Source of the DNA: Candidatus Bathyarchaeota archaeon
GTDB lineage: Archaea; Thermoproteota; Bathyarchaeia; Bathyarchaeales; Bathycorpusculaceae
Assembly: GCA_963833575.1 (NCBI GenBank)
Contig: CAWHXY010000007.1
Span: 224,001 to 288,000, forward strand
Direction: 5' to 3'
DNA: 64,000 bases
Positions 10,401 through 19,269 of this stretch are shown here, one piece after another; position 1 is the first letter of the stretch; every line of letters begins with the position of its first letter. The notes beneath the pieces were generated by a model. The model saw only the letters and a program-made list of their open reading frames with translations, searched no databases and had not been told where the DNA came from. The translations under genes and the position numbers were made by a program.

Positions 10401-10754
10401 TGATTCACCAGTATAATTTCCCACATTTCTGTCTTTGTAAAGGGTAGCATTTAACACCAACACCTTCTGTTTCAACAAATCAGAATACACTTGAGCATTT
10501 TGGACTACAACTAAGATACTGCCTCCACTACTAGTATTTGAAGTCGGAAATTGAGCATGTACAATGTTTGCAGCTTTATCCGACTCAGTGTTCGAGGGAC
10601 CTCCAAATCCACCTGTCAAGTCATACGAAACAGATGAGAAGAAGCTTGGAATAAGAACAAGCGAAAGCAGAACGACCACTACCCAAGCAATGATAATCAA
10701 TCTGTGTCGCTTGCGAATAAAATTGTTCAATGAATCAAAAAATGATTTCGACAT
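7485..10754 (-). CDS. MMPL/RND family transporter with large extracellular insertion
   Basis: Two TM bundles; GLAVDYS and GVGIDYDIFFLTRIREE motifs. Confidence 0.9.
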   Translation of the reverse strand: MSKSFFDSLNNFIRKRHRLIIIAWVVVVLLSLVLIPSFFSSVSYDLTGGFGGPSNTESDKAANIVHAQFPTSNTSSGGSILVVVQNAQVYSDLLKQKVLVLNATLYKDRNVGNYTGESSLYSLEDSLLNSSVPAILNQTASLQSNIATINSGLFALQDNLSVLSTNLFQLQTGINQTAQLIYGIPTAFEGAWQGLIAQGVTDLSLANTQANITVYLLTSNFGGNAQSIGYYTAFYGAWTASFQALSNDTSVATREAFAINQAVAAMLNSGQIDSQTSSMVSSVASNLTVTNWNQPQAIANLTISTLASSIPADLSSSLGASPSNLVTNLYNFGSSPSNATIGNYAITLLENSYTNLTTADAGFSVSDLMQSTYQLGVLPNNTQTWNLACDFISNATQNTFSNSPLFTINAPSLSNLLTALSPNATADDVNVEINNIITTQPYSGYPYIPSTALSGNFVNSQNDTMLIIFGFSSNPDTNTITQVESDVHNSGLSNFGMVFVTGGSVLSKDVEKAFVPALALTVGPGIGISLLIVGLLFLAPLAALIPVLLGGISVSVALAAIYAAIVKVGHGNLTFLTPTLTILLMLGLAVDYSVLQLRRTREERLKGKSIEESVGISLKWAGQAVLTAGITVIVAYIVMAVANVPIFSDVGTAIALGVSILLAASLTLLPALEIALGDKIFWPGLRRLSKVKSAPKKNILTRVAHSTLRRKIPIIIIISIIALSAFAVVYTTPTGEEFLKLIPNFQSNQGLTAISDSFGSGTTQPSSIIITTSTQITYGNNHFNQTLLNQIEQITATAASSKGVLAVESATRPFKNTFNYSSVENMSEPLRTQYESQIFSTIGQDNKTAIITVSLSDSAMSANAMKSLNGMEKNISKQSIIKGVTIYYGGATQSTIDSQTFMANLIPEVVAILAAAVYVILFIQLRSAFTPIRLIFTILCSVVFALAIISLIFYDAFNLPILSFAPLFVVVTMLGVGIDYDIFFLTRIREEVLNGKTDNEAIVTAIEKVWVTILGLGLVLATVFASLLITNIAILQEIALAVAAAIIIDVSVVILFFVPSLMGLAQRANWWPYKISRNNKTEKSEERSD

Positions 10755-10950
10755 TTAAATCAAATCTCTATTAAACAACCTTCTTGGATTTTACCAGTCA
10801 ATGCAAATGCGTTTTGCTTCGCCTTTCTTAAGGATTTCCCAGAATAATGCCATAGATCAACAAATGACTTACAATCCCTAAGTATATCCCTTTGATTATT
10901 TAGGGCAAAAATAAAATTACATGAATGTTATACTTACTTAGTGTTGTTTT

Positions 10951-11313
10951 ATGACAATTTTGTCTATTAATGCTGAGTTTGGTTGGGTAAAGATTGATGG
11001 AGTTCTTTACAAAAAAGATGTTATAATTCATTCAAATAGGAAAATAACAAAAAGGGAAAAAAAGAAATCAAAAGACTTAAGATCAATTTATGTACACACA
11101 CCCCTTTCTGAACGTGAACTTGAATTTCTATCAAAAGAAAAGTTTGAAGTTATTTTTGTTGGAACAGGCCATGAAGCTGCTTTGCCAATAACGCCTGAGG
11201 CTAACAAAATATTGCGTGAACACAACGCAGTAATTCTATCCACCCCAGAAGTGATTAAACAAATTGAGCAAGAAACGAGAAAATTTATCGCAATTATTCA
11301 CGTGACTTGTTGA
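10951..11313 (+). CDS. Mth938-like domain protein
   Basis: FGWVKIDG...DVII, VGTG, C-terminal IIHVTC. Confidence 0.8.
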   Translation: MTILSINAEFGWVKIDGVLYKKDVIIHSNRKITKREKKKSKDLRSIYVHTPLSERELEFLSKEKFEVIFVGTGHEAALPITPEANKILREHNAVILSTPEVIKQIEQETRKFIAIIHVTC

Positions 11314-11404
11314 CCATATCATAGACTTGGAAAGATTAAAATAAAAAATGATGGACAAGAGCGAGTCGAACTTGCATTTATGTCGATTGCAGTTGTTTGA
11401 CGGA

Positions 11405-11959
11405 TTACTTAATCCATTTCAGGATATTCGGTTTCTTTCTTTTCGATGTGCCTGGTTTTGTTTCAGGGTGGCCAAGGATGAATGGCACCATTAACTCGTA
11501 GTTTTCAGGGACTCCGATTTTCTTCAATACGTCGGGTTTGCTGTTTAGTAAACTTACGAATCCCATGTAGCATGTTCCAAGCCCAAGTTCATATGCTTTT
11601 AAAAACATGTTTTGAACTGCAAGAGCGCTATCTACCAGGTTTTGGGTGTTCCATTGTGGATCTTTTTCTGCACAGACCAATATTAGAACTGGGGCATTAT
11701 AGCAAATTATGTCCTCTTTTGTCTTGTATCGCTCAGCTAACGGCGGCCTCAACTGTTGAACTACAACCTTGGTTTCCTCAGAGACATAATTAATTAATTT
11801 CTCATCCTCAACAATTATGAATCTCCATGGTTCCCTTGCCATCGCTGTTGGAGCCCAAACTCCAGCTTCAAGAATTGTTTCTATATGTTCTTTCGAAACA
11901 GGTTCTTTTGTGTAACATCTTACGCTTCTTCTACCTTTAATACAAACATCAAGTTCCAT
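11405..11959 (-). CDS. Nitroreductase family protein
   Basis: RRSVR, APTA..EPWRF, QNMFLKAYELGLGTC. Confidence 0.9.
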   Translation of the reverse strand: MELDVCIKGRRSVRCYTKEPVSKEHIETILEAGVWAPTAMAREPWRFIIVEDEKLINYVSEETKVVVQQLRPPLAERYKTKEDIICYNAPVLILVCAEKDPQWNTQNLVDSALAVQNMFLKAYELGLGTCYMGFVSLLNSKPDVLKKIGVPENYELMVPFILGHPETKPGTSKRKKPNILKWIK

Positions 11960-12097
11960 GTAAATTCCTCACTATTTCATTGTATAATCAAGTAATAAAA
12001 TATAGGTCATTAGAAAATGAAGAGAACCTCAAAACTGATGATTGGGAGATGTCGGACCAAAGAGTTACTTGTTTTCTGAACAGGCTCTCTGAATCTG

Positions 12098-12505
12098 TTA
12101 TTTGTTTGCAGTGCTTGTTACAAAGTGAACCGCGAACATATGGCCTTGGAAAAACATCGGAACCAAAACCATTGTTGAGTCTATTTCGCCTCCGTCTTTT
12201 TTCAGCCAAGTCACCTGAATAGTTGAAGCAGCCATCTTCTTTATGGAAGCCCAATACGCATTAGAGAGTGTTTCCCGACTCTTCTCAGCAACGTAAGCTT
12301 CTAGAAATCCTTGCTTCTCAGCCCATTCTTGCGGCGAGTTAAAACCCAACATAGAGGCAAGCTTGTTGTTGCAAGCTTTATGATTATCATCTAAGTAGAT
12401 GAATATTGGTTGCTCTGATCCTTCTAAAATCGGTTTCATCTGTTCATAAAGGCCTTTAACAATCTCTTCGTGATGTTCCTCAGATGTTTGTAACTTTTTC
12501 GACAT
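12098..12505 (-). CDS. Stand-alone PAS-like domain protein (start MSKKLQ)
   Basis: ACNNKLASMLGF, terminal WLKKDG...V...P pattern of PAS/PAC; GGAA upstream of the internal ATG. Confidence 0.55.
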   Translation of the reverse strand: MSKKLQTSEEHHEEIVKGLYEQMKPILEGSEQPIFIYLDDNHKACNNKLASMLGFNSPQEWAEKQGFLEAYVAEKSRETLSNAYWASIKKMAASTIQVTWLKKDGGEIDSTMVLVPMFFQGHMFAVHFVTSTANK

Positions 12506-12545
12506 ATGGATTCCACTTCCCAACTGCTTATCTCGCGGATTTAGG

Positions 12546-12848
12546 TTATTCCTGTATGCCCATTTTTTTGGCCCAATCACTGCCTTCTTTGAAAAACTTC
12601 ATTACTGGAGTTATCGTGACTTCTCCTATTGTTCTTAACGGTTCAACAGCAATGTTGAGAGTAGTGTTATCATTTGTTTCAAGGACAAAATAGAAAACAT
12701 GACCGGGTGCATCCATGTATCCCTCTATTAGTTTTGCTCCAGACTTCATCATGCTCTCTTCAGTTTTCTTAATGAATTCTTTATCTGGCCTTACAACGCC
12801 GCCTGGACAAAAGTCAACTGTGTGCCTTGCAACTATCATAAAAAGCAA
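12546..12848 (-). CDS. Small ferredoxin-like fold hypothetical protein (DUF3303/GYD-like)
   Basis: MLFMIVARHT..CP, ITPVM pattern; GGAG RBS upstream. Confidence 0.55.
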   Translation of the reverse strand: MLFMIVARHTVDFCPGGVVRPDKEFIKKTEESMMKSGAKLIEGYMDAPGHVFYFVLETNDNTTLNIAVEPLRTIGEVTITPVMKFFKEGSDWAKKMGIQE

Positions 12849-12984
12849 TTCAAACCAACTCCTTTATAATTTGATAATAACGAGTAAAGTACTGTTGTTT
12901 CTTAAGTGTATGTGATTGTAGAATAACTATTACAAAATCAATGTTGAACTTTTGTACAAATTGTAATGGGCATTTAGGAATTAT

Positions 12985-13061
12985 TGGTGCCGAGGGCAGG
13001 GTTTGAACATGCGACGACTCGGTCTTCAGCCGAGCGCTCTCCCAGGCTGAGCTACCTCGGC
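12985..13061 (-). tRNA. tRNA-Phe(GAA), CCA encoded, with atypical T-arm
   Basis: GCCGAGG/CCTCGGC acceptor stem, CTCGG-CTGAAGA-CCGAG anticodon arm, GTTCAAAC T-loop. Confidence 0.9.
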
Positions 13062-13244
13062 ACACTTTTGAAATGATTTGACATTTTTTGAGAGCGCTAT
13101 TAAGTCAATGCGCCCCATATTTATTTACGTTTTTGTTGCACCTTAATGCCACAGGAATAGAAAATCCAGCTTTTAGAATATCGTAATCAATATGGCGCTA
13201 AAAATAGGTTTTAAAGTAAATGGCACAAAAAATTAGAAAAATGT

Positions 13245-13445
13245 TTAAGGAATAAAATTTACGAAATGCATTATAATGTACCCTACAAGACCACTTGATA
13301 AGAAACAGGCAAAAATTAATGCCCCTTCATGTTCGTCTATGAAATCATTTAGTTTTATTTTCAATTTTTTTGTCACCGCTGTACTGTTTGCTTTTTGGAG
13401 GGGAAAGGTTTTATGAAGGGAGAATACGTATTTTGAATTCAGCAA
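13245..13445 (-). CDS. Possible small membrane protein; start uncertain
   Basis: C-terminal hydrophobic segment ALIFACFLSSGLVGYIIMHFV. Confidence 0.3.
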   Translation of the reverse strand: MLNSKYVFSLHKTFPLQKANSTAVTKKLKIKLNDFIDEHEGALIFACFLSSGLVGYIIMHFVNFIP

Positions 13446-13452
13446 GCAGTTT

Positions 13453-13529
13453 GGGCCGTTAGTCTAGCTGGCTAGGACGTCGCCCTCACGCGGCGAAGAT
13501 CACCGGTTCAAATCCGGTACGGCCCACCA
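13453..13529 (+). tRNA. tRNA-Val(CAC), CCA encoded
   Basis: GGGCCGT/ACGGCCC acceptor stem, TCGCC-CTCACGC-GGCGA anticodon arm, ACCGG-TTCAAAT-CCGGT T-arm. Confidence 0.97.
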
Positions 13530-13712
13530 GCATCAATCCTTCATAAGCTTTTTTTAAGTCTAATTAGCTTAATCTTAATGCTTATAACTTTGAAAAATAA
13601 CTTTATTTTGGTAATTATGCATAGAAAAGCTGTTTTTGCTCTTGCAGGAATTTTTTTGGCTGTAGCTTTGATTGTGCCTCCGCCTATTTTTATTCTTTAG
13701 GCGGATCACGAC

Positions 13713-13898
13713 TTGGATAACATGATTGTTATTAGAGATAATCCGGGGCTTGCAACAAGCAGCAACGCTACAATAACTGATGAAACAACCGAGAATCACA
13801 ACGCAAATATTATTTATGCAGCGATAATCGCATTAGTTTTTGTAATCTTATTTGTAGTGGCTCTATTTTACGACATAAACCATCCTCATCCACACTGA
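13713..13898 (+). CDS. Possible small single-TM protein
   Basis: Hydrophobic IIYAAIIALVFVILFVVALFY, ends HPHPH. Confidence 0.4.
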   Translation: MDNMIVIRDNPGLATSSNATITDETTENHNANIIYAAIIALVFVILFVVALFYDINHPHPH

Positions 13899-14067
13899 AA
13901 AAGCAAGCCAGACAATCTAACCTAAAAAAATTATCATGTTAGCTCTAAGTTACTGTACAAGCTACCGATTGTATCTTGCTGTTGTAGTTACACAATCACA
14001 AATTGTTAAAAGTGGTTAACTCCAGATGTTTTTAGCATAGTGTTGCTTGCTTTAGGAGGTGTAATTT

Positions 14068-14268
14068 ATGCCTGAAACATCGATTAATATAACTGAGAAA
14101 TTGCAGAAAATCGGTCAAACTGCTCAAGAATACAAAGATGCAATCGTTAATCAATTCAAGGATATGGAAGTAGACGTAAAAGATTGGAACTTCTCTGTAG
14201 GAAAAGCTGACAATGAATATAATGTGGAAGTAAATCTTAAGCTCAGCATCCACCCCAAAAAAGCTTAA
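14068..14268 (+). CDS. Small hypothetical protein
   Basis: Strong AGGAGGTG RBS before ATG; plausible composition. Confidence 0.75.
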   Translation: MPETSINITEKLQKIGQTAQEYKDAIVNQFKDMEVDVKDWNFSVGKADNEYNVEVNLKLSIHPKKA

Positions 14269-14415
14269 GCAGAAGCTTTCATAGCAGATTTGAACCCCTT
14301 TTCTTTAAGTTTAATTTAATCGGTTTGTAAAAAAAACGAGTTCACAGTTTTGTCACCAAAACAGATAAAAACTCGGTTTTGCATCCATGAAAGCTACTTA
14401 CAAGAGGAAATACAA

Positions 14416-14619
14416 ATGCCGTCTGAAATTACCGATGTTGATAAGTTCGTGGCTATGAGCGCCAAAGCAAAATATTGCTCTGTAAAACGGCTCAAAGACA
14501 CAGTTAAATTGAAACTTCGCACTCCAGGTCAACTTTTCACCTTGAAAATTGAGCCCATACGAGCAGATGAAGTAATAAAGAAGTTGCAGTGCGAAATTCA
14601 AGAGAAAGAAAAAAAATAA
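14416..14619 (+). CDS. rpl38e: 50S ribosomal protein L38e
   Basis: MPSEITDVDKF...VKR....KLKLRT...LFTLK matches eL38; GAGG RBS before ATG 14416. Confidence 0.8.
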   Translation: MPSEITDVDKFVAMSAKAKYCSVKRLKDTVKLKLRTPGQLFTLKIEPIRADEVIKKLQCEIQEKEKK

Positions 14620-14701
14620 CCTTTCTTAATTGTCTTCCTTTCTGTTTTTATCCACCCCATTTAAAGCTTAATTTTAATTCTTAACGTTAAATTTCCCGTT
14701 T

Positions 14702-14729
14702 GTATACGAAAGCATCAACAAAACATAGT
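14702..14729 (-). repeat. 28-bp dispersed repeat copy 1: ACTATGTTTTGTTGATGCTTTCGTATAC
   Basis: Read directly; matches five other intergenic copies. Confidence 0.9.
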
Positions 14730-15302
14730 AAACCTACCTCTATCTGCAATCCGAAGAATTCAAAAGATACTCAAAGTTCTCGAAAGTCAACGAACTATAA
14801 ATATACATGCACAATCAAAAACAAAAAATTAGGCAAAAAGCTCTAAAGGGGTCAAACAATAGGCATCTGAAGAATAAAAAAGTCCGAATTTTAAGAATAA
14901 CAGGGTAGCAAACCCAAACTCACTCGCTACGACAGCTAATTTAGGGAACAAATAATCCCCTGTAACCTTGTTGACAGGCACTTTAAGCCAGTCAAACAGC
15001 TATTAAATCGCCAAGTTTTCCCTTAGGCTTATTTAACTGCACGAAAAATAGCCGAACGGTCATTTTTTACATGTAAAAGTTAAAATAGCTATTAATACAA
15101 AGGCAAAAAAAGCGCTATTTTGATAATGCGTCCATGCCATTTTCTTGTACCGGTGGCTACGATATACGAAGAAAATTGTTTTGCAGGAAAGAAAGGGTTT
15201 TTCAGCAAGCCAGAGCATAAACGTTGCATTGGGTTGAAAAAACGTGTGCGAACGAGAAGCTGCAGGCCTTGGAATTGCTGGATTTGCTTATGGGATTTTG
15301 AA

Positions 15303-15330
15303 AGTGTGTTTGGTTGATGCTTTTGTATAC
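15303..15330 (+). repeat. 28-bp dispersed repeat copy 2: AGTGTGTTTGGTTGATGCTTTTGTATAC
   Basis: Read directly. Confidence 0.9.
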
Positions 15331-15410
15331 GGGTTCTAAAGTTAACGTGCAGTTTATTTCAGCATTTCCATTTTTTCAAGTTTTTTTGTCAATTACCAAG
15401 GGTTTAATCC

Positions 15411-16118
15411 ATGAGTGTTGAACGTAATCTGATAATTTCATTATTAAAATTAACTAAGAAAGGGGCAATTTTAATTGAAAATGTCAAAGAAGACGCCAGA
15501 ACACCATTAGCAATGACGAAAAAGTTGTTATCAAATCTGCAAAATGAAGGGCTCGTTTATTTGAAATCAGACAGTGTTGAAGCCAGCACCAGTATGAGAC
15601 TTAAACTGATGATTAAGGCAGCGTCATTAGGGGCCGATGTTGAGCACATCAGCAACTTTCTTTGTTGGCAGGAATTTGAGGAAATCGCCGCTTTCGCATT
15701 AAAAAATTTCGGTTACACTGTGACCAATAACATGCGCTTTAAACATGCAGGTCACAGATGGGAAATAGATGTTGTTGCATGTAAGAAACCTCTAGTTGTT
15801 TGCATTGATTGTAAACATTGGCAACATGCAATTACGCCCTCAGCCTTGCGAAAAATCGTTGATGCACAGGTACAGCGGACAAAAGCTTTAGCCGAATCCT
15901 TGCCCAACCTTTCACTTACATTAGAATGCACAAAATGGGAAAACGCAAAGTTTACTCCAGTCATACTATCTCTCATACCCAGTGCTTACAAATTTGTCGA
16001 CGACGTTCCTATTGTGCCTATCCTAAAATTACAAGACTTCATCAACCAAATGCCCGTTTACATGGGCTCTATAAAGTTTTTTTCCAGATCTTTCAATTCG
16101 TTAAGTCATAATTTTTAG
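15411..16118 (+). CDS. PD-(D/E)XK restriction-endonuclease-like (Mrr_cat/NERD-like) protein with probable N-terminal winged helix
   Basis: WQEFEE...GY, EIDVVA, IDCKHW motifs; N-terminal L..LQNEGLV pattern. Confidence 0.75.
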   Translation: MSVERNLIISLLKLTKKGAILIENVKEDARTPLAMTKKLLSNLQNEGLVYLKSDSVEASTSMRLKLMIKAASLGADVEHISNFLCWQEFEEIAAFALKNFGYTVTNNMRFKHAGHRWEIDVVACKKPLVVCIDCKHWQHAITPSALRKIVDAQVQRTKALAESLPNLSLTLECTKWENAKFTPVILSLIPSAYKFVDDVPIVPILKLQDFINQMPVYMGSIKFFSRSFNSLSHNF

Positions 16119-17972
16119 AAGGGCTGTTTTTGCGAGCCTATAAGCGGGGTAGAGGCTCAAGATGAACATTACGGATAGAGCTGACGCGAGCCAGAGGGTA
16201 ATTTGTAACATGGTGAAGCCGGTTATGATGGGTTGCTGCATTAGGATGAGAACTGTAATGATAGTGCCGAACAATATTCCTATTCCGAAGCTTGAGAGAA
16301 GCAGAATTAAGCTTTGAATTGCGAAAGAAAGCACAACAAATCTGGGTTTAGCCCCTACAGCTCTTAGAATAGCGTATTCTTGGTGCTGCTCATCCACCGT
16401 AAGCATCATGTAACCAACCAGGCAAAAGGCGGCAGATGCCAAGGTGAAGATTGGCAGAAGCATGATGGTTTGCCATGTTGAGGATAAGAAATTTGTGTTC
16501 TTTTGAATGATTTTATCTAAGGAGACCACGGTTAGGTTTGGATCAATTGATTGAACCATTGTTTTGATTTGTGCAATCGTGGTTGAACTGGAATCTTTCA
16601 GCTGCACTAACAACAGGTTGGGGCTGGAAATGCCAGTTACATTCATTAACGTATCAATTGATACGTAAGTAACTAAGCCGTTATTGAGAGGGTCAACGCA
16701 GACTCCAACAATGTTAAAAGTATTGTTCCCAAACTCTATACCTTGGACAAGTGGATTTGACTGGTTTATATTCAAACTTTTATCGGGTGAATACATTGAT
16801 TGAGCAATTGAATCGCCAACAACGGCATTCAAACTGCCATTGATCGTCAAAAAGTGCCCTGCAACACTCCATGTGCCATCAAGTTTGTCAACATTAACAC
16901 CTATTACTATCGAATCACCCTGCCTATGGTCGCCCACAGAAGAAGTCCCTGAAGTAGAAAGATTGTTAGGATCAACAGTAAAGTTGTCAATTTCTGAAAC
17001 ATGCTCATCTAAAACCAACCGGGAATCAACCAAAATCACACTTGATAACGTACCTAACTGGACAATTACCGGTTGCGGAATGGCAAGATTTGGGTCAGAA
17101 TAGTTAAAATCACCGTTTGCTGAGCCGCCCGAAAACTTGGCGATCAACTGTTCATATTGGTTGCCCATGCTGTTTGTGGCTATTGCAATTGTTTTTGGGT
17201 TAACAGTGTTTTGTACCCATGAAGTTGTTGTATCCCGGGCGATTATTCCTCCTGCAATTGAGACAGTGAGCAACACGAAAACGAGTGAAAGCAAAAATAC
17301 GAGGCGGATGCTTGCTTTTTGGCGGCGGTACATGCTTCTTGACGCAATCTGCCAAGTTAAACCCCATTTTGACACGGGTTTAAGTTTACTGCCTATGGTT
17401 AAACCGTTGTATTCTATAGGTGAGAGCGCTTTTACAGGGGTCATTTTGGATGCTTTAAGCATAGGCCAGAGCCCAAAAAGCAACGAAAAAACAAAAAAAG
17501 CGGCAAAAACTCCAGGTCCAAACCACAAGTTTGGCAGCTTGTAAGCAGAAAAGACCCAGTTACTAACGCCAAAATCCGTTAAAAAACCAAAAACAACGCC
17601 TAAACCACATCCTGTAAGGGTTACTGTTAAGAGTTCAGTTATAAAATATCCGGCAACAAGACTATTTGGACAGCCTGCAGCCTTAATTAAACCGAAATCC
17701 CGAGTTCTCTGAGCCATCATCAAAAAAGCGATAAAGCTTGACAAAACTGCTCCAACCGCAAAAACTAAAACGCCCACAAAAAAAGTGACCGTCGATAAAG
17801 CACCGTTTATACCCATGGTTAATGTTCCCGCGGTGGATGTTGTATAGAAGCCTAAACGGCTGCTAAAAAGCAAAAGAAACAGTGTTGAAGAAACGCTTAA
17901 CGTTAAAGTGGCGATTGTTAGGCTTGTTTGAAGCTTGCGTCGGAGCAAATCATTGGTTGGAAAATTACTCAT
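16101..17972 (-). CDS. FtsX/MacB-type ABC permease (two FtsX domains)
   Basis: QRTRDFGLIKAAG and EYAILRAVGA motifs; multiple TM helices. Confidence 0.88.
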   Translation of the reverse strand: MSNFPTNDLLRRKLQTSLTIATLTLSVSSTLFLLLFSSRLGFYTTSTAGTLTMGINGALSTVTFFVGVLVFAVGAVLSSFIAFLMMAQRTRDFGLIKAAGCPNSLVAGYFITELLTVTLTGCGLGVVFGFLTDFGVSNWVFSAYKLPNLWFGPGVFAAFFVFSLLFGLWPMLKASKMTPVKALSPIEYNGLTIGSKLKPVSKWGLTWQIASRSMYRRQKASIRLVFLLSLVFVLLTVSIAGGIIARDTTTSWVQNTVNPKTIAIATNSMGNQYEQLIAKFSGGSANGDFNYSDPNLAIPQPVIVQLGTLSSVILVDSRLVLDEHVSEIDNFTVDPNNLSTSGTSSVGDHRQGDSIVIGVNVDKLDGTWSVAGHFLTINGSLNAVVGDSIAQSMYSPDKSLNINQSNPLVQGIEFGNNTFNIVGVCVDPLNNGLVTYVSIDTLMNVTGISSPNLLLVQLKDSSSTTIAQIKTMVQSIDPNLTVVSLDKIIQKNTNFLSSTWQTIMLLPIFTLASAAFCLVGYMMLTVDEQHQEYAILRAVGAKPRFVVLSFAIQSLILLLSSFGIGILFGTIITVLILMQQPIITGFTMLQITLWLASALSVMFILSLYPAYRLAKTALLKIMT

Positions 17973-18657
17973 TTTCACTCGCCAATTTGCCGTCTTCAAG
18001 CAGTAAAATTTGGTCAGCCAACGCTTTTATTTGCTCGTCATGGGTTGAAACAATAACTGTTTTTCCTTGGTTCTTGAGCAGTTGGAGGACTTGGATGATT
18101 TTGTTGCCGTTTTTTGCATCTAAGTTACCTGTTGGTTCATCTGCCAAGATTAGCTGCGGATCATTCGCTAATGCCCTAGCAAAAGCTACCCGCTGCTGTT
18201 CGCCACCGCTTAGTTGAGACGCAAAATGATTAGCTCTATGCTGTAAGCCCACAGTTTCTAACAGTTCGTCTACTCTTTTGGCTATCTCTTCAAAAGGCTT
18301 TCGCGTCCACTCCATGGGAAAAGCAATGTTTTCCGCCACTGTCAATGTTGAAACTAAATTGTAAGATTGAAAAACAAAACCCAAGTTATTGCATCGAAAA
18401 TCTGACAGAGTATCCTCGTTTTGAGAGGTTAAATTTTGGTCTGCAACAAAAATTTTGCCGATTGAGGGTCTGTCGATGCCGCCGATAATATTTAGCAGGG
18501 TGGTTTTTCCTGAGCCAGACGCGCCGGTTAATGCTATGAATTTTGCTTTCGGGATAGACAAAGAAACATTTTTTAATACTTCAATTTTTTCGTCGCCTAA
18601 TTGGTAAACTTTTCCTAACGCTTCTGTGTACACCATAAAATCGGGGTGGTTTGACAA
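17965..18657 (-). CDS. LolD/MacB-type ABC ATP-binding protein
   Basis: [32 protein letters not shown]. Confidence 0.95.
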   Translation of the reverse strand: MSNHPDFMVYTEALGKVYQLGDEKIEVLKNVSLSIPKAKFIALTGASGSGKTTLLNIIGGIDRPSIGKIFVADQNLTSQNEDTLSDFRCNNLGFVFQSYNLVSTLTVAENIAFPMEWTRKPFEEIAKRVDELLETVGLQHRANHFASQLSGGEQQRVAFARALANDPQLILADEPTGNLDAKNGNKIIQVLQLLKNQGKTVIVSTHDEQIKALADQILLLEDGKLASENE

Positions 18658-18732
18658 TTGCCTCCCTCACTTTTAAGAAAAAAGGTTAATCGTGCCCGAA
18701 TAATATAGGTTGAGGTACATTCCCTTACGAAG

Positions 18733-19167
18733 CTAAGCATAGGTGGTGTCGATGTTCAAGTTTCCTCTGTCCCGTTTAAGAATGCGGACTTTGTCGGGAA
18801 GCTTGTTTTTTTCCCAATCAGCCCAGCTAATTTCTTTAAAAAGCCATCGTTTACCCAAATGCGCAGCCACTACCGCATGTTTGTAAGCATGTTCGCTGGG
18901 GATGAATAAGTCAAGAAACTTGAATAATTTGTCGATTTGTTGCCTGGGAAAGTAGGCGTAGTATGAGGCATTTTTTACTTCAAAAGCGTAACTGTGTAGG
19001 CCTTTCCGCGCCATAATGTCAGGTAGGGGATTGAGGCTTGGATTGCTTACAGGGACCCGGACGGCATTGTAACCTTTTTTCTGCAGTAACTTGACAAGTA
19101 CTGTTTCACTATAAAAGCCCCTTTTTCGCCAACGCCGAAGCCTTATCCTATCAATTTCTGTAGTCAC
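18733..19167 (-). CDS. Hjc/Hje-like Holliday junction resolvase
   Basis: RKRG..SE..L..L...GY..VR.P.S, PDI.A, FEVK. Confidence 0.75.
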   Translation of the reverse strand: MTTEIDRIRLRRWRKRGFYSETVLVKLLQKKGYNAVRVPVSNPSLNPLPDIMARKGLHSYAFEVKNASYYAYFPRQQIDKLFKFLDLFIPSEHAYKHAVVAAHLGKRWLFKEISWADWEKNKLPDKVRILKRDRGNLNIDTTYA

Positions 19168-19241
19168 GGTTTTTCCCTGAGTATTTACTGTTTTATTCTA
19201 TGCGTTAGAGATAAAAATTGTTGCTCTGGAGCGCTATAAAA

Positions 19242-19269
19242 ACTGTGTTTTGTTGATGCTTCTGTATAC
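19242..19269 (+). repeat. 28-bp dispersed repeat copy 3: ACTGTGTTTTGTTGATGCTTCTGTATAC
   Basis: Read directly. Confidence 0.9.

Noticed and set aside
12850-13065. 71-aa - strand ORF
   Set aside because: Runs through the tRNA-Phe gene
12985-13529. tRNA-anchored integrated element
   Set aside because: No integrase and no duplicated tRNA end found in the window
15120-15317. 65-aa Cys-rich ORF ending inside repeat copy 2
   Set aside because: TTG start, no clear RBS, no family resemblance
14702-15330. MITE with terminal inverted repeats
   Set aside because: No target-site duplication in the flanks (CCCGTTT / GGGTTCT), no transposase in the window, and the other copies do not pair the same way; disfavoured rather than fully excluded
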